64,000 nt of DNA, taken from positions 40,359 through 104,358 of the forward strand of contig JBDRPL010000019.1 of assembly GCA_043827025.1 (NCBI GenBank). The letters are read 5' to 3'. Position numbers and translations under genes: made by a program. A model generated the notes under the pieces. That model searched no databases, was not told the origin of the DNA, and saw nothing but the letters and a program-made list of their open reading frames with translations. How positions within the stretch are numbered: the first letter of the stretch is position 1; the number at the start of each line of letters is the position of its first letter. Positions 47,792 through 56,992 of this stretch are shown here, in pieces. This DNA is from Candidatus Micrarchaeota archaeon (GTDB lineage: Archaea > Micrarchaeota > Micrarchaeia > Anstonellales > Bilamarchaeaceae).

Positions 47792-48484
47792 TTATTTCTC
47801 CATTTCCTTCTTCAGCCTTTCGTAATCTTCTTTCTGCCCTATATCTATCCATATTCCTTTGAGCTCATAGGCATTTATCTTCTCGCCTTTTTCAAGCAAT
47901 CTAGGAAATACGTTCTTGGCGAAATCCTCTTTCTCCCTTATGAAATCGAATACTCTTGGCTCGAAAACGTAGATCCCTGTGTTTATCATGTTCTCCACGA
48001 TTGGCTTCTCTGCAAAGCTTTTCACAAATCCCTTTTCTATGTTTACGACTCCGTATTCTATTTTTGTTTTGTGCCTTTTTACTCCTACTGTTGCAATGCA
48101 CTTGCTTTTTTTGTGATTAGCAATCATCTTGTCAAGGTCGACATCTATTATTGCGTCGCCCATGAGGACAACGAAAGTTTCCTTTAGCTTCTTTTTTGAT
48201 GCTATTGTCGAGCCTGCTGTTCCAAGAGGGGCATCTTCCACGGCATATTCTATTTTCACTCCGAATTTTGAACCATCCTTGAAGTAATCTGTTATTTTTT
48301 CTTTTAAGTACCCGACAGTAAGAATGAATTCCTTGAATCCGTGTTTTTTCAGGTGCTCGATGATTATCTCGAGAATTGGTTTGCCGTTTACCATAAGCAT
48401 AGGCTTTGGATTCTTATAAGTATAAGGCCTTAATCTAGTCCCTTCTCCACCACATAATATGAATACTTTCATGTTTTTACCCAT
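47792..48484 (-). CDS. Sugar-1-phosphate nucleotidyltransferase family protein
   Basis: ILCGGEGTRLRPYT..PKPML, PLGTAG, GD, EKP, WIDIG. Confidence 0.92.
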   Translation of the reverse strand: MGKNMKVFILCGGEGTRLRPYTYKNPKPMLMVNGKPILEIIIEHLKKHGFKEFILTVGYLKEKITDYFKDGSKFGVKIEYAVEDAPLGTAGSTIASKKKLKETFVVLMGDAIIDVDLDKMIANHKKSKCIATVGVKRHKTKIEYGVVNIEKGFVKSFAEKPIVENMINTGIYVFEPRVFDFIREKEDFAKNVFPRLLEKGEKINAYELKGIWIDIGQKEDYERLKKEMEK

Positions 48485-48505
48485 ATCCTACTTTTCATTT
48501 GCCCT

Positions 48506-49126
48506 TTAAATAGCTTGGCTCACGAGGTATCCAAGGATTCCTCCGGAAAGGGAGCATATAAAATTGGTTGTCCCCTTTGTTCCAATGCCTTTTTCTTCGA
48601 GCACGCCAAAGATGCTGTCTACTATTGATCCTCCTAGGCCAATTAGTCCCATTAAAAGTGCGATTGTAGGTGTAACTCCATATATCAATATTGCGCTTAC
48701 TCCTATAAGCGTAGCTCCTGCAAGCGACATGATTGTGCCAAGCACGCTCATAGCCCCGCTTTCTCCTGGTTTCGCAGGCTTTAAGGTGAGGAGTGAAATT
48801 GGTTTTCCGCCAAGCACACCGAATTCTGATCCGAACTTATCTGCAGTTATGGCTGCAATTGAACCTAGGTAAGGCATTATGCCAAATTGGGGAATCAGTA
48901 TTGACATTATGGTTGGAAAAATGCCATTTGCAAGAACGTTTTCCCAGCTTCTTTCGTGTTCGTATATTCCCATGTCCTTTTTGGTTTGGTACTCGTATTT
49001 GGTGGCCACTACTGAAAGCCCGAGAAAAACCAATATGACTGCAAGAGCTTCGAAGCCGCCGAAGTAGACGATTATTCCGCTCATCGCCAATGCGAGGAGT
49101 ATGCCCTGCTTGTCTAGGAAAAGCAC
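48506..49126 (-). CDS. DUF92 (TMEM19-like) membrane protein
   Basis: RSWENVLANG, ADKFGSEFG, GESGAMS..G, DSIFG. Confidence 0.88.
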   Translation of the reverse strand: MLFLDKQGILLALAMSGIIVYFGGFEALAVILVFLGLSVVATKYEYQTKKDMGIYEHERSWENVLANGIFPTIMSILIPQFGIMPYLGSIAAITADKFGSEFGVLGGKPISLLTLKPAKPGESGAMSVLGTIMSLAGATLIGVSAILIYGVTPTIALLMGLIGLGGSIVDSIFGVLEEKGIGTKGTTNFICSLSGGILGYLVSQAI

Positions 49127-49158
49127 ATTTTCACCATTGTTTTGTTAGGAGCCATCGC

Positions 49159-49461
49159 TTATCTCTTGATTAGTATTTCTATGGCAGACACGTTGTTCAT
49201 CGATCCATCTTCAGATGTCAACTGCTCTGTTTTTATCACAATATCCTTAATTTTTGCATTCGGCATGAACCTGTTCCTTACTATTTCCGTGACATCTACA
49301 GCCCTTGAAATAAGTTTTCCCCTTGCCTTTACAGCCACTTCTTCAGCGCCGTTGTTGAATTGGGTTACCACTGCCAGTACATATCCCATTGTACCTTTCT
49401 TACCTATGAATACCGTGTTGTCGTCTTTTCTTTCGTCGTTTTCTGCGTCCATGTGTTGCAC
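49159..49461 (-). CDS. albA: DNA/RNA-binding protein Alba
   Basis: VFIGKK..MGYVLA, KARGKLISRAVDV, VSAIEI. Confidence 0.96.
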   Translation of the reverse strand: MQHMDAENDERKDDNTVFIGKKGTMGYVLAVVTQFNNGAEEVAVKARGKLISRAVDVTEIVRNRFMPNAKIKDIVIKTEQLTSEDGSMNNVSAIEILIKR

Positions 49462-49564
49462 CTCTTGGTTTTATAGGTCTCCTTATATTTATAAAATGTT
49501 AATTTCTGATACAAAGCATATTTTTAAATGTATCCGATTATAAAGCTATAAACTTTTACAATTT

Positions 49565-49642
49565 ACTGAGGTTCATGTACTACAAATTCTATGGGTTTTA
49601 GTACAGTTGTGAACGTATAAAACGTTCACTTGAGAACTTAGT
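49565..49642 (+). ncRNA. Putative three-way-junction leader RNA of rpl10e
   Basis: P1 49565-49574/49634-49642 encloses hairpins 49576-49605 and 49609-49629; SD AAGGTGA at 49657-49663. Confidence 0.5.
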
Positions 49643-49669
49643 TGAATGTGAGTATTAAGGTGAATATTT

Positions 49670-50185
49670 ATGGGTATAAGACCAAGCAAAGCACTTAGGG
49701 ATCCGGATAAGGTTGCATGGACTAGGTTTTCAAAATCAAAGCCTAAGAAATCATACATCAAGGCAATGCCTCATAGGGATTTAAATACCTTCAGGACCGG
49801 CATAAAGAAAGAGGATTATGATGCAACCATTGATCTTGTAAGCACAAAAGATATGATTGTCAGGGATAATTCCATAGAGAGTTCAAGGCAGACCCTAAAC
49901 AAACATCTTGAAAAAGGACTTCCAGGAGCTTACTATTTCATAGTGAGGACGTACCCTCATCACGTTATAAGAGAAAACAAGATGATTGCAGGTGCAGGTG
50001 CAGACCGTCTTCAAAAAGGTATGCGACAGTCTTTCGGAAGACCGACAGATAGGGCTGCAAGGGTCATGAAAGGTACAGCAATCTTCACAGTATTGACTTA
50101 CAAATCGAATGTTCCTCTTGTGGCTGATGCGATGGCGCGATGCAAGAAGAAACTTTGTGGTTTCTACAAAGTCGTTGCAGCATAA
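49670..50185 (+). CDS. rpl10e: 50S ribosomal protein uL16 (L10e)
   Basis: YPHHVIRENKM..GAGADRLQKGMRQSFGRP. Confidence 0.97.
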   Translation: MGIRPSKALRDPDKVAWTRFSKSKPKKSYIKAMPHRDLNTFRTGIKKEDYDATIDLVSTKDMIVRDNSIESSRQTLNKHLEKGLPGAYYFIVRTYPHHVIRENKMIAGAGADRLQKGMRQSFGRPTDRAARVMKGTAIFTVLTYKSNVPLVADAMARCKKKLCGFYKVVAA

Positions 50186-50304
50186 ATGTCCAATTCATTT
50201 CATTTATCTATTAATTTCCAATTCATTTTCATCTTTGTTTTTGTTGTCCGTTCGGTTCGAATCGGATTTTTAAACTTATCTGGTCATAAATTGTAACAGG
50301 TAAT

Positions 50305-52461
50305 ATGATGAAACTCAGCCTAGACGATGCGCTCATTAGTACTGACATAGACAAACTAATCAGATTCATTTCTGAAAAGCAGAAAACTACTTTGAAGGAT
50401 GTGGAATCTGGCACAGGAGTTGAAAGAAGGACTATAGAAAAATGGATAAAAGTTCTTGAGGATGAGGGGTACCTTGATATAGATTACAAACTCACTTCCA
50501 CTTATTTGATATGGAAGGGTATGCCTCTTGATGTTAGTGCGCAGGCATCTACTCAAAAAAAACCAGAAGAAAAGAAATTTTTCAATGTTTTTGAACGCAC
50601 CCCTACAATTTCCAAAGATGTGGTGGAGAAAACAGAGGTCTCAGATGTCCTGAAGGTTGATGAAAAAACAGTGCAGCTCCAATCAGATTCCAGTACTGAG
50701 TCTGCACGACAGAATCTAAATCCAGAACTGACATTCGAACCTCAACATACCAACATATTTTCACGTGAAATTTCGAACGAAGTAATCTCTTCTGAGCCGC
50801 AGGATGAACAGGATGTGGTTTCAAACGAAGAATCTTTGGATGTAGACCGGCTGAATTCTTTTGAGAAGGGTGAGTTCACAAACAGCCCCTTGATAGATGA
50901 AGCTCAAAGTACTATTGAAAAAGAGAATGAAAACGAAAGCATTGATTCAACTGAAGGGAATAATGGGAAAGGTGCGTATGAAGAACTTGATATGAGCAAG
51001 TTGGATTCAATAGATGAGAACATCACAAGCAATGCAGACGAAGTTGATTATGTTTCGAAATCAAGCAACCTGTATAGATCCAAATTCCTTTCAGGTGATG
51101 GCGATTCAGATGAAGGTGGCGATGAGGGCAGGGAGAACAAGGAGGACACAGCAGTTGCTTCCAGAACTGCAAACGAAGGCGAATCCGAATCTTTAGTTCC
51201 TGATGATTCTTGGAGCCTACGAAAAGTTCCTGAACGAGAATCTGCAACATTGAGAAAAACCCATGAGGTCTCCAAACAGCCTAATGACCTAAAGAAAGCG
51301 CTTAACACTTATCTTAATGAAATGAGCGAGACTAAAAACGAACTTGAAAGTCTCAAGCAGGAAAAAGCAAGAATACATCGCGAGAATTTCACTGAAATAG
51401 AGAGAAAGATGGAAGCGGACATCGTTTCACTTACTGAGAAAATACTGGAGAAGGAAAGCAGGATACTTGAGCTCAAGGAAAGGTATATGGAGCTTCCTGA
51501 CAAGGTTGATGAAATAGAAGTGATGGACAAGCGGGTCAAAGAACTGCGTGATACCTGCACATCAGTTGTTTCAAGGAATAAGCAGCTTCTCCAGAGATTA
51601 TCTGAAGATTCCTCTTCAGGGCAGAAGATTGCCCAGAAGAAAAGCCATGAGATTGAGGAAATTCTAGAGACGGAACGTGAAAAATTAAACTCAATGGAAA
51701 GCATTAAGGAAGATGTCTATGGCCAGATTTCTGAAATGGAGGAAAGGCTACATGGCAATGAAGAGCTCATGGATGTCCTTAACCAAAAAATCCAGGACTT
51801 GAGATCCGCATTGGCCCAGTCTGAAGAGCATAAGGAAGAGATCTCTTCTCTTGAACAGGAGCTCAAGGACTCGATAGAATCCCGAGAAGCGCAGCTCGAA
51901 CAGACAAATTCCTATTTAGAAGATCTTAAATCAGTTGAGCGGAATATCTCTGAATATCTGCATGATTATGAGGACCGACTCAGCGAGATAGATAAATACA
52001 TTGTGGAAAGCGAACATGAACTTGCTGAGATACGAGAAGCTGCAGAAGCAGAGCAAATGCAGACATACGTACAGGATCTTGATGATCTTATAGGCCATTA
52101 TGAGAATGAGCTTGAGGAGACTTCTGCACAGGAGAATGATATTGAAAAACAGATTAGTTTTACCCGAAAGAGATTGCAGGACCTGGTTGCTGAAAGCAGG
52201 GGCCTCATAAAGAACTCGCGGCATATCTCGAATCTGGATTATGAGCGCATATCTTCCAAAAGCAAGGAAAGGGTCGAGAAGATGAAGTCCATGCTTGATG
52301 AGAAGAGAAGGCAGAGGGAATCTGTTATGCAGGTTTTTAGGTCAGATGACCACGAATCTGAGGATTCGGAAGAAGTTGTCAGGCCTGCTGTGAAAGAGAA
52401 ATCTTCAAGGTCAAAGACGAAATCCTCAAAATCAAAGAAGAAATCCAAAAGAAAGAAGTAA
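50305..52461 (+). CDS. N-terminal wHTH, acidic linker and long coiled-coil protein with a basic tail
   Basis: TDIDKLIRFI...IEKWIKVLEDEGYL head; D/E/S-rich middle; E/K/L heptads; SKSKKKSKRKK end. Confidence 0.8.
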   Translation: MMKLSLDDALISTDIDKLIRFISEKQKTTLKDVESGTGVERRTIEKWIKVLEDEGYLDIDYKLTSTYLIWKGMPLDVSAQASTQKKPEEKKFFNVFERTPTISKDVVEKTEVSDVLKVDEKTVQLQSDSSTESARQNLNPELTFEPQHTNIFSREISNEVISSEPQDEQDVVSNEESLDVDRLNSFEKGEFTNSPLIDEAQSTIEKENENESIDSTEGNNGKGAYEELDMSKLDSIDENITSNADEVDYVSKSSNLYRSKFLSGDGDSDEGGDEGRENKEDTAVASRTANEGESESLVPDDSWSLRKVPERESATLRKTHEVSKQPNDLKKALNTYLNEMSETKNELESLKQEKARIHRENFTEIERKMEADIVSLTEKILEKESRILELKERYMELPDKVDEIEVMDKRVKELRDTCTSVVSRNKQLLQRLSEDSSSGQKIAQKKSHEIEEILETEREKLNSMESIKEDVYGQISEMEERLHGNEELMDVLNQKIQDLRSALAQSEEHKEEISSLEQELKDSIESREAQLEQTNSYLEDLKSVERNISEYLHDYEDRLSEIDKYIVESEHELAEIREAAEAEQMQTYVQDLDDLIGHYENELEETSAQENDIEKQISFTRKRLQDLVAESRGLIKNSRHISNLDYERISSKSKERVEKMKSMLDEKRRQRESVMQVFRSDDHESEDSEEVVRPAVKEKSSRSKTKSSKSKKKSKRKK

Positions 52462-52475
52462 TCCTAAATGCAATT

Positions 52476-53030
52476 CTAATCGGATCGAAGTTTTTGTTGT
52501 TCAATGCTTTCCTTTCTTGTTCTTGCATCGTCAACTATGGCAAGCCACGAATCGCCTATTTTCATCATGTAGTTACCGAATGTTTTGCTCAATGATATCT
52601 TCATAGGCCTGAATTTTCTCTTGCTTTCAACTGCGACAATCGTTTCCCTTTCTATTTTTATCATTCCTACTCTTCTCAACCGTGGAAGCACCCTGTTGTA
52701 GAATGTAGCCTTTGAGATTGAATTAGAGTGTATGAATTCAGAGATGTCGCTTCCTGAAATCTGGGGTTTTTTGTTCACTACTTTGAGGAATCCTAGCGCA
52801 ATCTCATAGTATCTGGTTTGGTATTTTTTGGAGAATACGAAATTTGTAACTTCTTCAAGCGACCACAGGTTCCTTGTCAGGTTTTCATCCTTATCTTGAA
52901 AGTTCCTTAGCTCTTCGCTGTTGAATGGAGGGAAATAGAGAGATTCGGATGAAGGTATTCCTCTGGATGCTATCTGTTTTCTGTCTTCAGTTTTGGGTTT
53001 AGAGTTTTGGTCTTCTTTTTCTTCTGGCAT
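52476..53030 (-). CDS. Putative winged-helix protein
   Basis: ISKATFYNRVLPRLRRVGMIKIER helix-turn-helix-like segment. Confidence 0.65.
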   Translation of the reverse strand: MPEEKEDQNSKPKTEDRKQIASRGIPSSESLYFPPFNSEELRNFQDKDENLTRNLWSLEEVTNFVFSKKYQTRYYEIALGFLKVVNKKPQISGSDISEFIHSNSISKATFYNRVLPRLRRVGMIKIERETIVAVESKRKFRPMKISLSKTFGNYMMKIGDSWLAIVDDARTRKESIEQQKLRSD

Positions 53031-53085
53031 GCTATTAGAATGTAGAAAAAGAATATAAGTTTATATGGCCCAAGGCAATTATTCA

Positions 53086-53400
53086 CTATCCAAAAATATC
53101 CCCAAGGCCTGATTCTGCCGACTCTTCTTCCTTTTCTATCTTCTCCACGACCCTCTGCTCTACTTTGCAGTCTGCAGGCTTTGCCATTTCTTTTAATTTG
53201 GCATCTGCCTTCTTTATGAAATCTTCAGATGCAGAGAGGTAAATATATAGCTTTTTCTCATCTTCGCCTACTGCCGCACCCTCCTTCAATTTATATCCTA
53301 TACGTGCAAAGCTGTCTTCTGCATAAGGGTCTGCTTCAAGTATTGCCAGCATTTCCTTCTTTTTAACGATATCGCATTCATACACTCGTTTCATTAACAT
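53086..53400 (-). CDS. Hypothetical protein
   Basis: 104-aa ORF in an operon; acidic C-terminus ending GLGDIFG. Confidence 0.75.
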   Translation of the reverse strand: MLMKRVYECDIVKKKEMLAILEADPYAEDSFARIGYKLKEGAAVGEDEKKLYIYLSASEDFIKKADAKLKEMAKPADCKVEQRVVEKIEKEEESAESGLGDIFG

Positions 53401-54202
53401 AACCTCGCTTGTTGCCTGACTTTACAGGCATACTTTTGATGGCCTGTTCACATAATTCTACTTGTGCAAGTGTTAATAAAGGGTGTAGTACGATTATGTT
53501 TGGAAGCAGGAAAATCGGCACCAGCAGGAGTATATAAATTTCCTGGAACACAGTGAAGTACAGCACCAGTGGGATTACAGGAAGCATCCAGAAGAAGGCG
53601 TATGCTGCATATATGGCCAATGCCAGGATGTGTTTTCGCCTAAGCATCCCGAATCCGCTTTTGATTGCACTGCCTATGGAGCCTGTTGTTTTTGCCATAT
53701 AAATGAATGCTCCGAAGAACAAAAAGTACATGAGGAAAATGAGGGACACTGTCAGAAGCCCGATCACGACCTCTATATAAGGAAGGTTCATGTCCTTGAG
53801 CGCTAGGGAATAGGCTGCGAGTATAGGAGCAACGAATACTAATATCAGGGTAAGCCTGATGACTCCTATGCCGAAGAACTTCGGTGCGTTCCTTGTGGCA
53901 AAGCCAAAGAATTCCATGAATCCCATTTTCTTGCCCATGTCCGAATATGCCCTGAGCATGGCACCCTTGAATCCACAGGATAGGTACATGAATGTGAAAA
54001 ACAGTACCATGCCTATGCTTCCGATCACAGTCATATTGAATTCAAGCCTTAGGAATGAAAACAAATAGAACATCAGGAAAAAAACCCCGAGTGCAGTGAA
54101 TATGGTCAAAAGCTGAAAGAAGATGTACTGGAAGTTAGTGATGATTATTGATATAGGTCTTCTTCTATAATTCTGAAAAGCGCGTGAAAGTTCTTCGAAC
54201 AA
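53378..54202 (-). CDS. Multi-pass membrane protein
   Basis: About six hydrophobic helices. Confidence 0.75.
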   Translation of the reverse strand: MFEELSRAFQNYRRRPISIIITNFQYIFFQLLTIFTALGVFFLMFYLFSFLRLEFNMTVIGSIGMVLFFTFMYLSCGFKGAMLRAYSDMGKKMGFMEFFGFATRNAPKFFGIGVIRLTLILVFVAPILAAYSLALKDMNLPYIEVVIGLLTVSLIFLMYFLFFGAFIYMAKTTGSIGSAIKSGFGMLRRKHILALAIYAAYAFFWMLPVIPLVLYFTVFQEIYILLLVPIFLLPNIIVLHPLLTLAQVELCEQAIKSMPVKSGNKRGYVNETSV

Positions 54203-54292
54203 GATACCACCGGTTTTATTTCAAAAGCAAACTATTTAAATCCTCATCTCACCATTCTAATTTAGTTATTGTATCTGTGCAGGTCGTATTCC

Positions 54293-55756
54293 ATGGTAAA
54301 AGTCTCAAGGTGCATGAGCACCCAGCATCCGGATAATATCAACACGCCTTTTTTTTCTGATTCAGAAGTTCTCGCAGGCGAGGCTGAGATAAAAGAGGCA
54401 TTTTATGTATTTTCCCAGCTTGGCTGCCGTGAGCAGATGTGGGATAGCGAAGGAAAGGAAGTGGATGATGAAGTAATAGAAAAGCTCATCTCAAAATATA
54501 CGGAGTTCTTCAAGAAAAACATAATAGGGAAGGACGTTTTTTTGACATATCGTGTTCCCAATCCCAGTGTGCAGAAAGAACAGGGCAAAGTTCTTTTGGA
54601 AACTTTGCATAGCATTCCCCGTGCATTCGATGTTGCGCAGGTGCTTGGCCAGAACGTGGCTCCCATTTTCGAAGTCATACTCCCAATGACGACTTCTTCG
54701 CAGGAACTGGAAATGATTCGTAATTATTATGAGCGCGTCATTATTGGCCAAAAGAATGCAAAAGTAAGCCCTTCCAAGACTGTCCGGGAATGGGTGGGGG
54801 ATTTCCAGCCAGAACATATAGATGTGATACCTCTTTTTGAGTCCTATGAGGCATTTGCCAATTCGTCTAATATCATTGAGCAGTACCTATCAGGCAAGAG
54901 ACAGGAGTATCAGCGCGTATTTTATGCACGAAGCGACCCTGCACTCAACTATGGGAGCGTTAGCGCAGTTCTTATGGCCAAGATGGCTCTTTTTGACATG
55001 CAGGAAGTGCAGGAGAAGCTGAGTATTGACATATTCCCGATTCTTGGTGTCGGAAGCGCACCATTCAGGGGGAATTTTAGGCCTGACAATGTGAGCAATT
55101 GCGGAGAGGAATATCCGAGCGTCCAGACATTTACAATTCAATCTTCATTCAAATACGACCATCCTTTCAGGGATGTCGCGAATGCCATTGATATGCTTAA
55201 TACCAGCAGACGGGGCCAGGCTCCGCATATCGAGAAGAAATCCGCGACCAAATATATTCACAAGATAAAGGATGAGTATCAAAAGCAGATAGTAAGTGTT
55301 GCAGATATAATAAATACGGTTTCTGCTTACATTCCGTCTCGCAGGAGCAGGAAACTCCATGTTGGTCTGTTTGGATATTCCCGGTCGCTCAAAGGCATTA
55401 CGCTTCCGCGTGCAATCAAATTCTGCGGTGCATTCTATTCGCTTGGCGTTCCAGCGGAATTGCTTGGTTTGAATGCATTGACTGAAAAGGAATTCGAAGG
55501 CCTTCATGAGTTTTATCTCAGGTTTGACGATGATCTGAAAGATATTTGCAAGTATGTCAATGTCAGGAACATAAAGAAAATGCCTAAAAATGTAAGCAAT
55601 GGATTGCTGAAAGTCCTTGAATGGGTTGACTATGAAGAGGATCCTGAATATGTCGGCATTACTTCTAGAATTTATGATTCAACAATCAAAGGAGACAGCA
55701 GCATGCTTGTGGAAGATATCAAAAGTGCGGCATGGATGAGGAAGTTTTTGGGTTGA
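54293..55756 (+). CDS. ppcA: Phosphoenolpyruvate carboxylase, archaeal type
   Basis: MSTQHPDN, QMWDSEGK, ARSDPALNYG, GSAPFRG, LPRAIKF; start ATG 54293. Confidence 0.95.
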   Translation: MVKVSRCMSTQHPDNINTPFFSDSEVLAGEAEIKEAFYVFSQLGCREQMWDSEGKEVDDEVIEKLISKYTEFFKKNIIGKDVFLTYRVPNPSVQKEQGKVLLETLHSIPRAFDVAQVLGQNVAPIFEVILPMTTSSQELEMIRNYYERVIIGQKNAKVSPSKTVREWVGDFQPEHIDVIPLFESYEAFANSSNIIEQYLSGKRQEYQRVFYARSDPALNYGSVSAVLMAKMALFDMQEVQEKLSIDIFPILGVGSAPFRGNFRPDNVSNCGEEYPSVQTFTIQSSFKYDHPFRDVANAIDMLNTSRRGQAPHIEKKSATKYIHKIKDEYQKQIVSVADIINTVSAYIPSRRSRKLHVGLFGYSRSLKGITLPRAIKFCGAFYSLGVPAELLGLNALTEKEFEGLHEFYLRFDDDLKDICKYVNVRNIKKMPKNVSNGLLKVLEWVDYEEDPEYVGITSRIYDSTIKGDSSMLVEDIKSAAWMRKFLG

Positions 55757-55763
55757 CTTTCTT

Positions 55764-56921
55764 TTAGCAGGTTATGACTATAAGTGGTACAAACATCTCT
55801 TCTTTACTCAGTCCTCCGTGTACTGCCTTGTAAAATTTTCTTTTCTCTCCATGAATAAAGTCCTTGATTACAAAATTTCTCTTCATTATAATTATGTAAT
55901 CCCCTATCCTTCCTGCGAGTTTTTTATTCGGTTTGAACAATCCGAAATAGTTGCTTTTGAGCAGGTCATTGCTTTTGTGAATTTGGCAGGCATGCTTTAG
56001 ATTTTTTTTGACATATTCTTCAAATTCTTTTTCCCTGCCATGTTTCACATAGCAGTATGCAATCCTGGATTCTCCGCACAGAGGCAACTTCAGCATTTCG
56101 CACATTTTTGGATGGTCCGCAAGGTCTATTCTACCTGGTTTTTCAGTGTTTATCTGGCCATGGTCTGCAGTTATTATGAAAGTTGAATTAGTACTCTTCA
56201 GGCTCTTGATAAGTTCAGCTATCCTGCGATCCATCTTCTTAAGGTTTGCAATCGTCTTCTGACTTTTAGTCCCTTGTTCATGGCATAGCCTGTCGAATCC
56301 TGGCCAGTAGGCATATATGAACTTCTTATTCTTTTTCAAGCATAATCTTTTGATGTGGCTAAGCATGCCATTGAAGCTTTTATATCCGAACTGCTCTGTA
56401 TTTCCCTTCATGGTCCTGTTGAATTCGGAGTTGCCAATATCCTTTGGCATTAGTATATATGATTTTCTTCCAATTTCTTCAAATATTGTTTTCTTGTCGA
56501 ATATTTTTTTTGGATCAAATCCCGTGCCAGCCAGTGATTTTTTTCTGTTTGCCCTGGTAACGAATTGAAGTGGGATACATACTTCTCCAACTTCATTTAG
56601 ATAAGTGAACCAACCAGTTATTGCATGTTGTTGCGGAGCAAGCCCTGTGAGGAGCGTTGGTATGCATGCCGCAGTGGATGATGGAAAAACCGAAGTTATC
56701 CTGTCAGTCATGTTCTTGTACAATGTTGTGCATTTTCCATTTTTTGTCAGGCCTTCATACCCCAGGCCATCGATTATCAATAAGACCACATTTTTGGATT
56801 TGGATAGTTTGGCAGGATCTAGGGACTTCAGCAAAGAATACATTGGCTCAGCGCCGAATGCCTTGAGTATAGTGCTTGTGAGGTTTACTATGCCCCTGCC
56901 TTTGTAGTTAGGTAGATACAT
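55764..56921 (-). CDS. Alkaline phosphatase superfamily / nucleotide pyrophosphatase-like protein
   Basis: IIDGLG, SVFPSSTA, D..CH, ITADHG, HGGLSKEEMFVPL. Confidence 0.88.
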   Translation of the reverse strand: MYLPNYKGRGIVNLTSTILKAFGAEPMYSLLKSLDPAKLSKSKNVVLLIIDGLGYEGLTKNGKCTTLYKNMTDRITSVFPSSTAACIPTLLTGLAPQQHAITGWFTYLNEVGEVCIPLQFVTRANRKKSLAGTGFDPKKIFDKKTIFEEIGRKSYILMPKDIGNSEFNRTMKGNTEQFGYKSFNGMLSHIKRLCLKKNKKFIYAYWPGFDRLCHEQGTKSQKTIANLKKMDRRIAELIKSLKSTNSTFIITADHGQINTEKPGRIDLADHPKMCEMLKLPLCGESRIAYCYVKHGREKEFEEYVKKNLKHACQIHKSNDLLKSNYFGLFKPNKKLAGRIGDYIIIMKRNFVIKDFIHGEKRKFYKAVHGGLSKEEMFVPLIVITC

Positions 56922-56992
56922 AGTTTAATTTTAATCAGTAAATTTTTAAGGGATTGGTGAGTTATATTCACAGCGAATAAGATAGTGATCAT

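Noticed and set aside
50247..50266. GGTTCGAATC T-loop-like motif suggesting a tRNA or tRNA fragment
   Set aside because: No 5-bp T stem, acceptor stem or anticodon arm can be built; it is only a small imperfect hairpin before a TATA-like box.
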